Shown here: piece by piece, positions 13,933-26,902 of the stretch
How positions within the stretch are numbered: the first letter of the stretch is position 1
Layout of the letters: each line of letters starts with the position of its first letter
From: Antedon mediterranea
Taxonomy: Eukaryota; Animalia; Echinodermata
Direction: 5' to 3'
NCBI RefSeq assembly: GCF_964355755.1
Contig: NC_092680.1
Location: forward strand, 14,393,045-14,457,044
DNA: 64,000 bases
Translations under genes and position numbers: made by a program
The notes under the pieces: model-generated
Told to the model about the DNA's origin: nothing
The model's database searches: none
Seen by the model: the letters and a program-made list of their open reading frames with translations, nothing else

Positions 13933-14988
13933 ACTTTATTTTGACATGTGATTTATTTGTCGACACATCCCATACAATGCAGTGTGCCAACTTAAAATTG
14001 TTAAAAAAATGAGAACTTACCGACTGTAAAATGCAAAAGTTGAATTTATGGTCAGTATTTTGTTCTTCTTTTGAAGATTACAAGGTAAAAGTTACATAAT
14101 TCTATATATTATATTTATAAATACTTTTATGATACTGCAGTATATATAGTTTGTTATGTTATATAATATTTTCTTTTAGATCATTTTGTCAATATTGTTT
14201 GTAAACTATTTCTCTTCTTGCCTTTACTGATTTTTAAACTTATTTAAACATTTTAATAATGCATACATATTTAGAATTACAACCCATTTTCTTTCTCGAG
14301 GTTGAATTGTAAATATTTATTTTATAATAAAATGTTAACTTCTTCAGTCCTGGCAGATGTGCTTGCTTTATTATTTTATGTATATTACAGATTAATTTAT
14401 TTAAGTTATGTTTCATTTTGCTACATAAATCCATAAACATCTACAACTAAAGAATCAACACCTAAACCTTGTGTACAGTGTTTGAACAGAAAACCAGTCT
14501 GCATACATTTTTGTAGTCTGAAATAATTTGTAGAGATGATTCCTAGATAACAAATGTAATTCAGATTGTAATATTATTAGGCTACTATGAAGTTAGCAGC
14601 TGAATAGTCCATAGAAAATGAAGATAAGATAATACGTATGAAAGTATATATACACAAATTGCTAGATTCAAGGACTTATTTTTATACTAGTCATAGACAT
14701 ATAATTTCCACTATCTTTGCATCATGGTAATGTTTCAATAATAATAATAGTATTTTAAAATATATTTTATGAACACCCTGTGTTTTGATGGTGTAATTTT
14801 ATTTTTGACATTTTAAAGCTCATTCCTAAATCCTTGCCTTGCATATACAGTGCAGATTTTGTTTAGATGGAAATAAAGACAAATAGTTATGTTTTGTTTC
14901 ACTTATTCTTATTACCTGTATTTATGTAATTGATGATTTAATTTGCTCGTATATTTTACATATTGTGTTGTAGATAATTTCATTCATA

Positions 14989-15010
14989 ATAAACATTCAA
15001 ACATAAATAA
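14989..15010 (+). promoter_or_regulatory. Candidate ATP8B polyadenylation signals
   Basis: Two close AATAAA hexamers after a long AT-rich stretch that follows the stop codon. Earlier AATAAA sites also exist. Confidence 0.3.
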
Positions 15011-15543
15011 ATTTGATTTCTAGTGGGGTTGCTCATTTATGTTAGTTGGGACATACTGTCTAATTTATTCATTACCAGACCAAAAATTTATACATTCAAT
15101 TTGAGATTGAATTGCAGTTTGTTGAAATGCAAAAAAAAAAAAAAAATTGGCTTTTGTAGTTTTGTTGGGTCATCAAATTATTCTATGACAAAAACCATTA
15201 TCTTAAAACTGACTCACTGCTTTGAGAAGAGGTGGTCACTAACCATGGATGGTCACTTTGGGTTGTAGTCACTTTTAAGGAGGTGGTAGCAAATACAATG
15301 GGTGGTCGCTTGCGAGATATGGCCAATTTAAGGGTGTGGTCAATTTCGAGATGTGGATAGACTGACAGAGCAAGTAAAGAGATGCATTTGCAAAATTTTA
15401 ATAGACAAAAGTTTTGTAAATCTACATTTGCTGGTGATATAGTAGTAATTAGCTGTGAGGCAATTTTTATTACTATTTATTTATTTATTTCGGTATAAAA
15501 ATATAATACAACTTAGCTTGAGCTTACTTAGAATGAGCTTTAA

Positions 15544-15850
15544 AGTGAGTGAGTGGCCGAGCAGTTAAGACAGTGGAACCGTAATTACGTAGCCATAACA
15601 TCGGCAAGGGTTCAAGGCTCACTCACTCCATGGTTCTGGTGGTAGAACGAGTCTTCTCGGATCATAAGGACTATAAACCGTAGGTCCAGTGTACACAACT
15701 AGCTCGTGTGCACTTTAAAGAACCTAGTACATCTTTCGAGACGAGTAGGGGGTTACCCCGGTGTACTAGTACATCACAGCCACTGATCACAAACTGGGCC
15801 CTCTGGGAGATCAGTCTTTGACTGAAGAGGTCACCCAGTATAAAAATAAA
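15544..15850 (+). mobile_element. tRNA-derived SINE with Deu/Nin-type central domain
   Basis: A box TGGCCGAGCAG and B box GGTTCAAGGCTC. Central GTCTTCTCGGAT..AAACCGTAGGTCC..TAAAGAACC..GAGTAGGGG..CCCCGGTGT resembles the AmnSINE/DeuSINE core from memory. A-rich end. Confidence 0.8.
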
Positions 15851-16199
15851 CTACCTAACTAAAAGCTGTTGACATTAGCTGGTGTTGATTTTGAATTTAC
15901 TACATTAGCTGTTGGTGTTCCTGCAATAGCTGGAGGTTTATACTACATTCTAGTTCTAGGATAACTGGCGATTTCTAAATTAACAGGCTGCAATCAGCAC
16001 TCCTAGTTTCGCAAGAGTTCCTCTAGTTTCACTTGACATGCCAAAGGCAAAGTGCATAAAAACATTTGTATAAAAGACAACCATTATTATTATATATCAT
16101 TAAATGTTCCAGAATAATTTAAGATAATATTTATTGGTCCATCATAAAATATGTTGGAAATTCATTTGACAAATGGCGTACACATACAAATAAAAAATT

Positions 16200-16700
16200 A
16201 AAACTTTAAATAAATACTGTATATATTAATATTAATCGTCATAGATTATCACATCCATTTCGCTTATCTGTGCCCGATTTTGCCTCAAATTTAAATATTT
16301 CCTATCTCAACCAATTATCTTTCTCATGAAAAAAATTTTTTCATTTTGATGATATCGTCACGGCAAAAAATTTACGTAGGCCGCGTAATTTCACCTACAC
16401 CGTATATTTAATTATATAGATCTTCAGAATTAAATGTGACCTTGATGTTTTAACGTATTATAAAAGCTGCTGGGATGAAGATATGAATTCATATAAAAAT
16501 TGTGCGGCCTATCGGATGTTGTGACGTTATCATATTTTTTATTTATCTCTTTCGTCAAAGTTATACAAATTTAAAAGACATCGCACCGCACTTCTACATG
16601 TCGTTTTTTCGAATAGCTTTCTTATTTGTTTTATATTTTTTTGCTTAAATCATTTTTCCTTTCAATTTTATTTATGCTCAGAAAATAAAAGAAATGCATT
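16200..16700 (+). mobile_element. Internal fragment of the Helentron/HINE-like family also present at 32319-34708, opposite orientation
   Basis: CGTAGGCCGCGTAATTTCACCT..TCTTCAGAATTAAATGTGACCTTGA matches the reverse complement of about 32830-32895. Confidence 0.6.
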
Positions 16701-18347
16701 AATTCACAAAATCATACAGTACTTTAATGACCTTGATACATAATATATAAATTTATTGCTAGATACATTATTATTATTAAAATGTCAACAAAAGCTAGAA
16801 TAGTGTAAATGCTTCATTGAAATATAGGAAAGTTAGACTTGATTTTTGCATGACAAGAGTATTGCTTGGGTACTGTATATCTAAGCTTTCATTAGAAAGC
16901 TGAATCAGTGGATCTGTCCAGACATTTACATGTATAAATACATCGTTCTACTCCCAGTGCAATCTCAAATAAATATACCCTGTAGTAAACTTGTTTTAAA
17001 TACGGGTAAAATTTCAATTTGAAAATTATAATTTTGGCCATATTATAAACTGCCTTAATGTATGTGCCGTTGTACCTTGTGTATTGTGAATTAACAATAT
17101 CTGGAAGAATGGTAATATGTGAGTATGAATACAGTAATCAAACTATGCCTGCACTATTTTACAATGATGAACAATATGATCCATAAATTCTTATACATTC
17201 ATTTGCATAAAAGTCAGAAATCAAAATATATTATAATATTGTGAAACTAAACAAATAAATCATGGTAATAGTATTCAATATGGGGTTGAGCTTAAATGTA
17301 TCGAGTCCAACATGAACTATATTGCATGCATTCTACATTGAATTCACCAATTAATTAAGTTAATTCAGCTTCCTATAACACCAAAACAAATTAACAACTT
17401 TTTCTAACAAACAAATATTAATAACAAATACAAGTTTGTCTGAAAAGAAACCTAATATTATTTACAAATTAAAAACGGTAGTGTAGTTATTTTTAAAACT
17501 TTTACTGACAGAAGAAAATTCTCCATATCACATATGGAACAATATTTTAACCTTTTGAGAATCTGAACAATTTACACAAATTTCAATGTGTGCAATCATT
17601 TTCCACTGCAAATTATGCTCAATTTGAAAATATGATTTAATATATACGTTTATTTTATTTCCAATGTCATATATAAATCTGTCCATAATTGATAGCAATT
17701 ATATTAACTAAAAAATGATGTAATAATAAATATTTTTTGTATTAAATCATTATATACATTTGTAAATGTCCTTACACCAGATTTGGTCAAATTTATTGAA
17801 ACAATTAATGCATGCATATTTTGGTCAACATCCGTCAGTGTCAGGCAGATTATAAAATCTAAATACTGTTACATGAAAGTGTATGCCTGAATTATTTCAC
17901 GACATTTAGATATAAATGAATAATAATATAAATGTTGTTATGGTTACTAATATTTTATGCTTTGACAATACCACAAACATTGTTGTCCTTGAACCATACA
18001 CAAGATTCATTTGAAACGTTTAATCTATGTTTTGTATCTCAGCAATTAGTCATTTACAAGCTCCACCCATATTTACATCAACTTTGGCACAGCTAGTCTG
18101 GTTGCATCTCATGTGGCAAGGAAATTAAGGGTGGTACAAAATGACTGTTCAAAATATAATTGTTCCTACCTCCAAACACTAGAGGGTGTTATATAAATAT
18201 TCTTATTTTACCTTATGAATGCATGCAGTGCAAATTTCAACAGAGAATACTTGTTCATGTCCCAATAGAAAGCATATTCATCACTTTTGCATACATAGTT
18301 TCAGTTTCTTAACACAGTAGGCAAGGCTTATAATGTTGAGAAATAAT

Positions 18348-19332
18348 AGGGAGGTTTCACAACGCTACAAATATGGAAAACGGATAAGTCACAAAAACGT
18401 ATTTGTTTTCATAAGCCAGTAAAACTATGTTTCGCATGGCAACAAAATATTGAAGGTATAATCCAAACTATGGCAGCGGTAAATTTGAAGGAAGTTCATG
18501 TACGTGTTGCCTGCTGGGCGAGTGAGAACTTTAACATCTCATTCCCTACATTTTTTAGATCTAATTTAAGGTCACAAACTACATTTAATGAAAAAATAAA
18601 TACTATTGGTCCTTTTCAGATAACTTTTTTCGTCTTTAAATGGGTAAAAATGTGAGGGGATTCTAAAAATTTTAGCATGCGGATTGATATTTTTGTTTTC
18701 CTTCTGTAATTCACCCACTTTTCGATCGATCGTGAGGCCAAAACAAATGGAAGACTCTTAACTTTTCAGCGAAAATACTGGGTTTCCCCCAATTTGTATC
18801 ATAGGAGTCTGGCAAAAACAAAAAGATAATTAATGCAGCAACTATACGACGTCAGGCTAGGCCTATAGCTACCGTACGATGTTCATATGTTACCGATGTT
18901 TACCAGCTAGGCCTACAAAACTAAACTAAGCTACTGTAGGCCTAAAGACGGCCCACAAGAAAACAATCCCCGCGAGCTACTTTGGTAGTGCATTGTTTCT
19001 CTTTTTATCACAATTTACCATAAAACGTACATTTAAGACAAGGAATGACCTGGTTTAATGTTTTTAAAGTAATATATGCATTATTTTTACAAAACATCAC
19101 AAATTGTAGGAAATGAATCTTTAAAAACTGATAAAAATTGCCTTTTTAGTCAATGTAAAAAAAAATAGATCAAACCCTATATTCGTTTTTTACTTACAAA
19201 TATGACTGATGATATCTGGCAACATGAATATGCTTTGTAAATATGAAATGGGGATCAGCTCAAAGTTTAACAAATGTGTGACGTTTCTGTTTTCGTTTTG
19301 TTTCATATTTGTAAGATTGCGAAAACCTCCCT
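18348..19332. mobile_element. Non-autonomous TIR element (PIF/ISL2EU-like MITE)
   Basis: Imperfect ~35-bp TIRs AGGGAGGTTTCACAACGCTACAAATATG / CATATTTGTAAGATTGCGAAAACCTCCCT, flanked by AT on both sides. Confidence 0.75.
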
Positions 19333-19409
19333 ATTGGTAAAAACCGATCCCTATATTAACATTAAATTGAATACAATGTCAATATGATGATATATGATGT
19401 AAGCCTGCA

Positions 19410-22400
19410 TCATGAGGAAGCAATAGATTGCCATGAGTTGCATTCTGGGATATTATCATTTCCCTCACTCTGTTGCAACATGTTAATAATAGCTAATTTG
19501 AGACCTTGTGCAAGTTGATTGGCTGTGTATGGCCTGCCTAGAGGTGGTACATGAATGAAAGCAGCAGACCCTTGGTTAGGTTTATCATGTATATGATACA
19601 GCGATGTGTAGTAAATAAAGTCACATAAATATCTGAAAAAAAAAAACAAAAAACAAAGCATGCAATAATAATTCACATTTCTAGTGCTCCAGACTTGCAA
19701 GAACAGCATGGAAGCATTGTGATCAAACAACTGGAAAACCACCAACATTGAGAATGTTGTAGTTCTATGATCAGACTACTGATTAAATTGGTTACAACAT
19801 GGACCCCATTTACACTTCATCAACGATTTATTAGCCGGCTTTTTTTTTAGCCCGCAATGTGTTTACACTTACCCAAAAAGTCGGCCCCGGGCCCCTACTA
19901 TTGTGTTTACACTTGCTCTCGGGGAAGAGTGCTCGATGATACAATTACGCTAAATACACGTCATACCCGCTCATGTGTGCCACCAACTGTTTTAAAAAGT
20001 TAATATTATTAAGCGTTGTCGATTTACGCTAGGCCTATCAAACTTTATAAAAAAGAATCAAATAACGATATTTAATATTTATTTTAATTAACCTACCTCT
20101 GATGTCGCAGTAGATTGTAGATTCATTTTATGATCGCGAGTGTTTACACTATACGAAGTGCCGGCCCGAAGCCTGCAATTGCCGGCCCGAAGCCTACTCT
20201 AGACTAGGATCAAAATGTGTAAATGGGGTCATGGTTGCAGTATATTATGGTAACCTGTAGCCGTTCTCTGAAGCAAAAAAATCGCTATGCCTTCAGATTT
20301 GTCTACTTGTGACATCTGATAGATAGTGCATTTGGTTAAAGGGCTATGTATGCCATGTTTAAAAGGTTTCTGGCATACCCATTGTCTGGGGATATTTCAT
20401 TTCAAGTTGAGACCCCAGACATAACATTACCTTCCAGGATTGTGTGACACAACTGATTTGACTGGACATTCTGATATATTTATATTGTGACATATATATG
20501 ACATCTTGATACGGCTTTCTATATGATGAGGACCATCTTCCTTACAACACTAAAATACCAAAATAATCAAAAACATTACTATGAAACCATCCCTGTAAAC
20601 AGAATACACCATCCCTCTGTGTTTAAAATTCCTGGGGCTGCCTTGTACAGTGGGTTGTATTTTTTCAATTTAATATTCAAATGTTTGTTAAAATAGCAGC
20701 TTGTGTTTGGTTGTTTAAATAATTATAATAAAAGAATACTTTATGTATGAAATAACTTGAACATCTAAAAGTGTATTTTGTATAAAAAAATTAAAAATAT
20801 AAAAGAGCTTGTTTGCTTCTATTAATATCATTGTGAAAGAGTACTTTCGACAAATTGTTTTCGAATGATATTTTAAAAAAATAACAGCAATATTTTCCTA
20901 CCATATTTCTAGGTATCATAAACCTGACATCGGGTTTATCATAAGTGCCATTGTGTGCTTGTTGTTCCAATGTAAGCTCAGTGGCTATGCCTGACACTCC
21001 AACATGAACCATAAGCTAAAGATACATAAATAGTATAATTATTATAATCATAATTATTACATTTCATACATTTAATTGCTGTCTCAATGAAGGCATCGTC
21101 CTAATATGGAAAGAGTTCAATAGTTGTATTCATAAATCAAACATTACAGTAATTCAAATTAAAATATTTTTTTTTAGTTGTATAGACTTCAATAATCATA
21201 CTTCTATCTGCAATTTTGTTATATTTATTGTATTGTTAACAATACAATAACTACTTCATTTACATTACAAATTTGATATAGCCCTCTTAGAAGGAAACCA
21301 TTATCAAAAGCGCTGTACATTGAAATTATGTTCCATAAACTTATTGGAAAAGAAACTACTTCAACGCTATCTTCAAGAATGCTGGATATGCCGCCCTAAA
21401 TATTTGTTTGAGGACATTTGTCAATAGATTTGCTCAAAGCACTGACTTTAATTTGCAATTTACAGTTACAAATGTCAATTTCTATAATTCATTCATATTA
21501 TATGATTTTTTATTTTGATTTGATTTATTTCGAAATATCCATAAAATATATTTCAGATATTTCAGATAATATTTATTTAGATAATAATGAATGAATATAT
21601 ACAAAATAGAAAAAAGATATTAAAGTGAACATAGATAAAGCAGTAATTGGTAGTCATTATTATCATGGATCCCTTCTAGAAGTTAAAAACTTGTCTCGTA
21701 GGGACCCACAACAAAACACATTACTAAAAAAATAAAAATAACCTAGAATATATAATTAAGGATAAAAAATTACAGTATAATAACATAACTAACATCTTCT
21801 TTATAAAAATTATTTAAATTATATTTCAATAGTTTCATGATAATTAAAAATGAAATAACTACCGATATTCTAATAATAATGTACTACAGTAGGTTAATAA
21901 AAGTTTTGAAATGTACTCTGTACAGCTGCATTTAGTTCTTGAGTGGCACTGATATATCCTAGTTATTCTTATAACTTGTGCTTTTAGGTTATCTGGCATT
22001 ATTATGAGTTAATTTACAGGTTGCATTATGTTCTTTACAATGTGTTAGGCAAAGCTTAAGTTTTAATTCATTTAAAAATACATGGTGAATACTGTGTTTT
22101 TATGTGTGAATTTATATATAAATATTTTTTTAATACCAGTAATGAAATAATGTGGTTTGTTTTGTGATTTTCGAAAAGTAAATGACAACATACAACAGGC
22201 TGGTGACATTGCCATAAAGCTGGTACAATTTCTGTGACAGTCTGATATTCAACTGGAATCTCCTCTACCACTAAGTTAATGTCTGGTTGTATCCCAAGAC
22301 TTGTTAGTTCCTTTACAGCTTCCCAGCTGGCGTTAATCTTATGGTCGCCAAATGGGCCAAATCCTATCAAGGAAACAAATTAAAACATAATTTAACTAAA

Positions 22401-25023
22401 CAAGATCATGGAAGTTATTTCTCGATTTCACAATCTTTCCACTATCAAAATTTGATGGCTGATTGATAATCAACAACTACTATTAAATACCAGCAAGGAT
22501 TGGTAATATTACCAAGACTAAACATGAAGAAAAATGGTCAGAAATTCACCATAACTGATTTTAAAAGAATATAAATCTTATTTTGTTTGGATTGTGCTCT
22601 ATCTTCAGCTAATGGGGCGGTGCGATTTGAAACAGCGCAAGCATTTTCAATTATATGATAAAACCAGTTGCATACATTATTAATAAAAATGTGTATTATT
22701 CCATAGAGAGAGGGGATCCAGTCAAGTCACCCTATCGCCAAGTCACCCCATCACAAAGTTGCTCCATCACAAAGTCTCCCCAACCAAAAGTCGACCCAAT
22801 ACAAAGTCACCCCATAGCCAAGTCACCCCATCACAAAGTTGCCCCAATACAAAGTTACCCCATAACAAAGTCTCTCCTTTAATGTTGTTACAATAGTTTA
22901 AATTCAAATATCATATTTTATTTATTTGTTGTTGCAAAGTATGGAAAATAGACTAGCTAGACAAAGAAGTATTCTATTAATTTAATCATCAGTTCCGTTT
23001 GATATCGGTTGCGTTTTATTTTGGTCGTGCTAAATTTTGTATACATTATGAATATGTATCTCCTATTAATTACTGTATACAAAATTTGTGTTTTTATTCT
23101 ATTTTACAGGTTTCAATGAAGTAATGTGCTTTTTGATCCCCGGTCACCAGAAACACGTAGCAGAAGGTGCAGCTCCGATTGGTTTCAGAAATGAGTCGCC
23201 TTAATCATCATCATAATAATGATCATTTCATTTCAACTCTCATGTCGGGCATTTATCAAATTTTAAATTAAACTAGACAATGAAAAGGTACACGAACGTA
23301 CGACGTAAACGCATGCATGTACACATCATTTTTACAATCATTTAAATGGAACCAATAATTTGGTGCATATAAAATTTAAAAAAAAGGCGTAGCCTACGTT
23401 TTCTATATAATATTTCACATTTAAATAATTATGTACTGTTACCGAATATTATACTCTTAAACTATGTTTGCAAATTGTCAGTTTTGAATGCACATGTTAT
23501 GCGCGATTTGAACGATTTGCGCAATTTAAAATTGCGCAAAGAATTCTTGCGCAATTTCAAATTGCGCAATCAACTTGCGCAATTTTAAATTGCGCAAGAA
23601 AATCCTTGCGCAATTTCAAATTGCGCTGCACAATTTGTAAATTGCGCAAGATAGTTCTTGCGCAATATGACACCTTTGCGCAATTTGAAACGAACTGTTT
23701 ATTATTTTTTTTATTGTACTTATTTGTTGTTGAGAATGGTACCGAAAGGTCGATCTTTTTTGTCATTAAATTTAATTTTTAAGTTAAATAGTAAACGTCT
23801 AATAATTCGTAATAATTATTGTTTCTAAAAAAAATCCAATCGTTATTAGTCTTATTAATCGTCATTAGTACTGATATTTGAATTGAAATTATTATCTATT
23901 GGTATTTATTTATGCCTTCTCCTCATATTATGTGTGAATATGGTATTTTATAGAACCATTTGGAATTCGAGATTTTTTTTATTCGGAAAAAAAAATTCGG
24001 GAGGGAGGCTCCCGGGAGAGTAAGGAAATGCGATATTATCTTCAATTTTGAATCATTCTTAGAAATTACTAAAAAAGTATGGGTGTGCATGATTTCACAA
24101 TCTGTCGAAAAACCTTGCGCAATTTGCAGATTACTTGCGCAATTTAATACGTTGCTTGCGCAATTTGAAACACATTCAAATTGGGCAAGGAATTTTTTGC
24201 GCAAGAAAATCCTTGCGCAATTTCAAATTGCGCAAATCGTTCAAATCGCGCATAACACACACATCTAGACCTGTAAAAATAAAAACAATTTTATTTATAG
24301 TAATAGATATTATCGACCAATTAAAAAATATCTACACGGTCAAAATAATCTAGATCATTTTATCGCAAAAAAAATTTAATACGACAGAATTTCAACTCAA
24401 CCGATATAATTATAAAAATCGGCAGAGGTTTCCCCTGGTGAGCTAGCACATTTAGTGTTACGGCACAATATTACAACAGGGCTTCCTCTCATTATGGGAG
24501 TGTTGCCGATGTAGTGCGAACTAAAACTTCACAGCAAGGCTTCTCCTTTTATGCCTACACGTGTTATTTTGTGTTCAAATTCCGCAAGAATATTATTGAG
24601 CAACTTTACGCACTTTTTAAACTACAGTATTTTAATTAGGGGCGACTTTGTATTGGGTCAACTTTGCGTTGAAAACAATTTTGTTTTGGGCAACTTTGCA
24701 AAAATGGTACGCCAGCCAGTTTTTCTTACCTACTACTCTAGGCCTAGCCTAGGCCCCTACTAGGCCCGGGACGGGTCTAGGCCTAGTCTATTTAGGCCAA
24801 GTAAGGTAGCCTGCTACATATCTAGCTAGACTAGCTAGTCTAGGCCTAACTAGGCCTGGCGTACCTAGGCATAGGCCTAGGCTAGGCATCCCTACCTAGC
24901 CTAGTAGGGGGACTTAGGCTAGCTAGCTAGGCTAGGTCAGACTCATTTAATAATCAATTCAAGAACAAATCCTTCCGAAATAATATTTTTACCAGTAACT
25001 AAAACGGTTCGTTTATCAGGCAT
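19410..25023 (-). CDS. PGPEP1: Pyroglutamyl-peptidase I (peptidase C15), 218 aa
   Basis: Exons 25023-24993, 22363-22194, 21015-20902, 20549-20431, 19632-19410; GT-AG, 657 nt in total. Motifs VLVTGFGPFGDHKINASWEAV, VHVGVSG, LEQQAHN (catalytic Glu), GRYLCDF (Cys) and FIHVPP (His). Confidence 0.95.
19802..20230. mobile_element. Harbinger-type MITE
   Basis: Perfect 14-bp TIR GACCCCATTTACAC / GTGTAAATGGGGTC, 3-bp TSD ATG (19799-19801 and 20231-20233), internal GTGTTTACACT repeats. Confidence 0.85.
22711..24715. mobile_element. Old foldback-type element with subterminal ~20-bp repeat arrays; hosts a nested MITE
   Basis: AAGTCACCCCATCACA-type array at 22722-22880 and inverted copies (GGGGCGACTTTGTATTGGG) at about 24638-24700. 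Confidence 0.55.
23495..24257. mobile_element. MITE with TGT...ACA termini and 4-bp TSD (Ginger-like), built from TTGCGCAA repeats
   Basis: Long TIRs TGTTATGCGCGATTTGAACGATTTGCGCAATTT / AAATTGCGCAAATCGTTCAAATCGCGCATAACA; CACA on both sides (23491-23494 and 24258-24261). Confidence 0.8.
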
Positions 25024-25280
25024 ATCTGTGTAGTTTAATAAACGACAATCTGAGAAAAGTTATTTTGTTGAGGAGTTTTTAGAGAGCTGTCACAAAAAAG
25101 ACGACAACCTATATAACCTTCCACTTCTTTTGTTTCTTGTTTTTATTTTTGTTATGATTTATTCATTTGACCTCTGTGTCAACTTAGCCTCTATACTGTA
25201 GCTCTCTAGCTAGGCCTAGAGTAGTACTCTGTAGATGATCGTTGAGAACAATCTATCTGCTGCTAGCTCCATGCGTGTCG
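25024..25280. promoter_or_regulatory. Probable bidirectional promoter of PGPEP1 and the FAM169-like gene, with a putative non-coding first exon ending at 25280
   Basis: PGPEP1 ATG at 25023 (-). A plus-strand donor CG|GTACGT lies at 25281 and an acceptor at 26883 precedes the FAM169-like ATG. TAGGCCTA clusters flank both sides. Confidence 0.5.
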
Positions 25281-26902
25281 GTACGTTTGTGTGTTGTGTG
25301 GCGTGTGTAGGCTACGTTTTTTAATAATTTTTTCTCTTAAACTATAAATTTAGAAAAGTTAGTTTATGAATAATGTAATACTAGGTCTAGGCTAGGCCTA
25401 CTAGGTATTTCTGAATTTCAGTTTGGACAAAAAAGAAAGGTATTACTAGTCTACTACTAATACTATGCTCAGCAGGCCTTTTTAGGCTGGGCCCCCCGGG
25501 CCCTACTAGCACTCTAGGGCTAGGCTAGGCCTAGTACTAGTAGTAGTAGGCCTAGCTAGGCCTAGTATAGGCCTAGCCTAGGTCTCCTTTTTTCATATTT
25601 CACAGTTGAGTTGTGGCTTAATAATAATAATAACCACTTTCAAACTCTAGGCTAGCTAGGCCTAGGCCTAGGCTAGGTATTGCTGTGGCTAACACAGGCT
25701 ACAGCACTCTACTGCAGTTTTGCACCATCCATAAGACCTCGCGCCGACGGTCACTGCCGCTGCGCATAAATGTTTTTAAATGGGCAAGCTCAAGAGATTG
25801 TGGTGCGAAAGTACAGTAGCACCACTAACTTCATATTTATAGGCCTAGGCCTATATGCCTATTCAAATCCCCAAGATGATTCATCCTAGCTAGGCCCTAC
25901 TTTTGGTGGGCGTCAATTTGAATTTGTCAAATTTTGTTACCCAATTTCAAATTGTGCTGCACAATGACCAATGTGAACACAAAATAACATGATGAAACAT
26001 GTGATTTCAACTGCTGAATTTAGCATTACATTTAGCTCAATTTATTTATATAGCAGCAGCTTCATAGTTATTTTTTTCTAACTTTTTAAAATCATTAATT
26101 GATAATAATAATTAATTTGCAGTAATTGATTGGTTATTAGAATGTATTACCGTACCAGAGGTTTCATCGGGGACTTCCCCTGATTCGCATATGCAAAAAA
26201 TTGTTAGTCGCGTGTGTTTTATTAGTCTAAGATCGTATTGAAAAATAGGCTACGATCGTATTGAAAAATAGGCTATGATCGTCTGTTTGCTAGCACACTA
26301 TGGAGTGAAATTTCCAGCGAACAAGAGGTACCATTTATTCTAAATTTTACATGCGAGGGTACCATTTGCGGCTATCTAGGGGTGTCGTTTAACCAATTTG
26401 CCTTCGCCACAGGCCACACCATGGGGGCCTGTGGCTCAAATACTCGGTGTCTACATCCCCCGACTCTTTAGGCAACCCCCTTAAAATTGTCCTGCAAAAA
26501 GCCCTGTTCGTATTCACTCATGCTGATCCGGTCTCGTTACGCCACATTATCTCGGCAATGTTACTGTAGGTCATCATAACACCCATCCACTCGGCGGCAA
26601 GAGGATCGCAGCCTCTCTTAAAATGTTTTAGGTTATCTAGGCAATCCTTCATTCAAATTGTGCATAACATTTACAAATAGTCACAAACTAGGCATGCCTA
26701 GCTAGGTCAATTATGCAGTGCAGTGAATTGCTACAACAATAAATCAATTTCTAAAGATCTTGTAGGAGGATCTGAAAAAAAGTCAAAACATTTTGTTGAC
26801 AGTCCATGGGCCGACAGAACCACACATAGCTGTGAAATTTTAACATTAAGATAAATGTGCTAATTTAAAATTTTGCTTTACAGAGTGATTTTAGATTTGA
26901 GA

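Noticed and set aside
13754-14012. Repeat-protein ORFs on both strands
   Set aside because: By-products of a 21-bp tandem repeat with no splice context.
15544-15630. tRNA gene
   Set aside because: A and B boxes are present, but it continues into a SINE core and tail, and the cloverleaf is poor.
23468-24353. Several 70-104 aa ORFs
   Set aside because: They arise from the TTGCGCAA repeats of a MITE.
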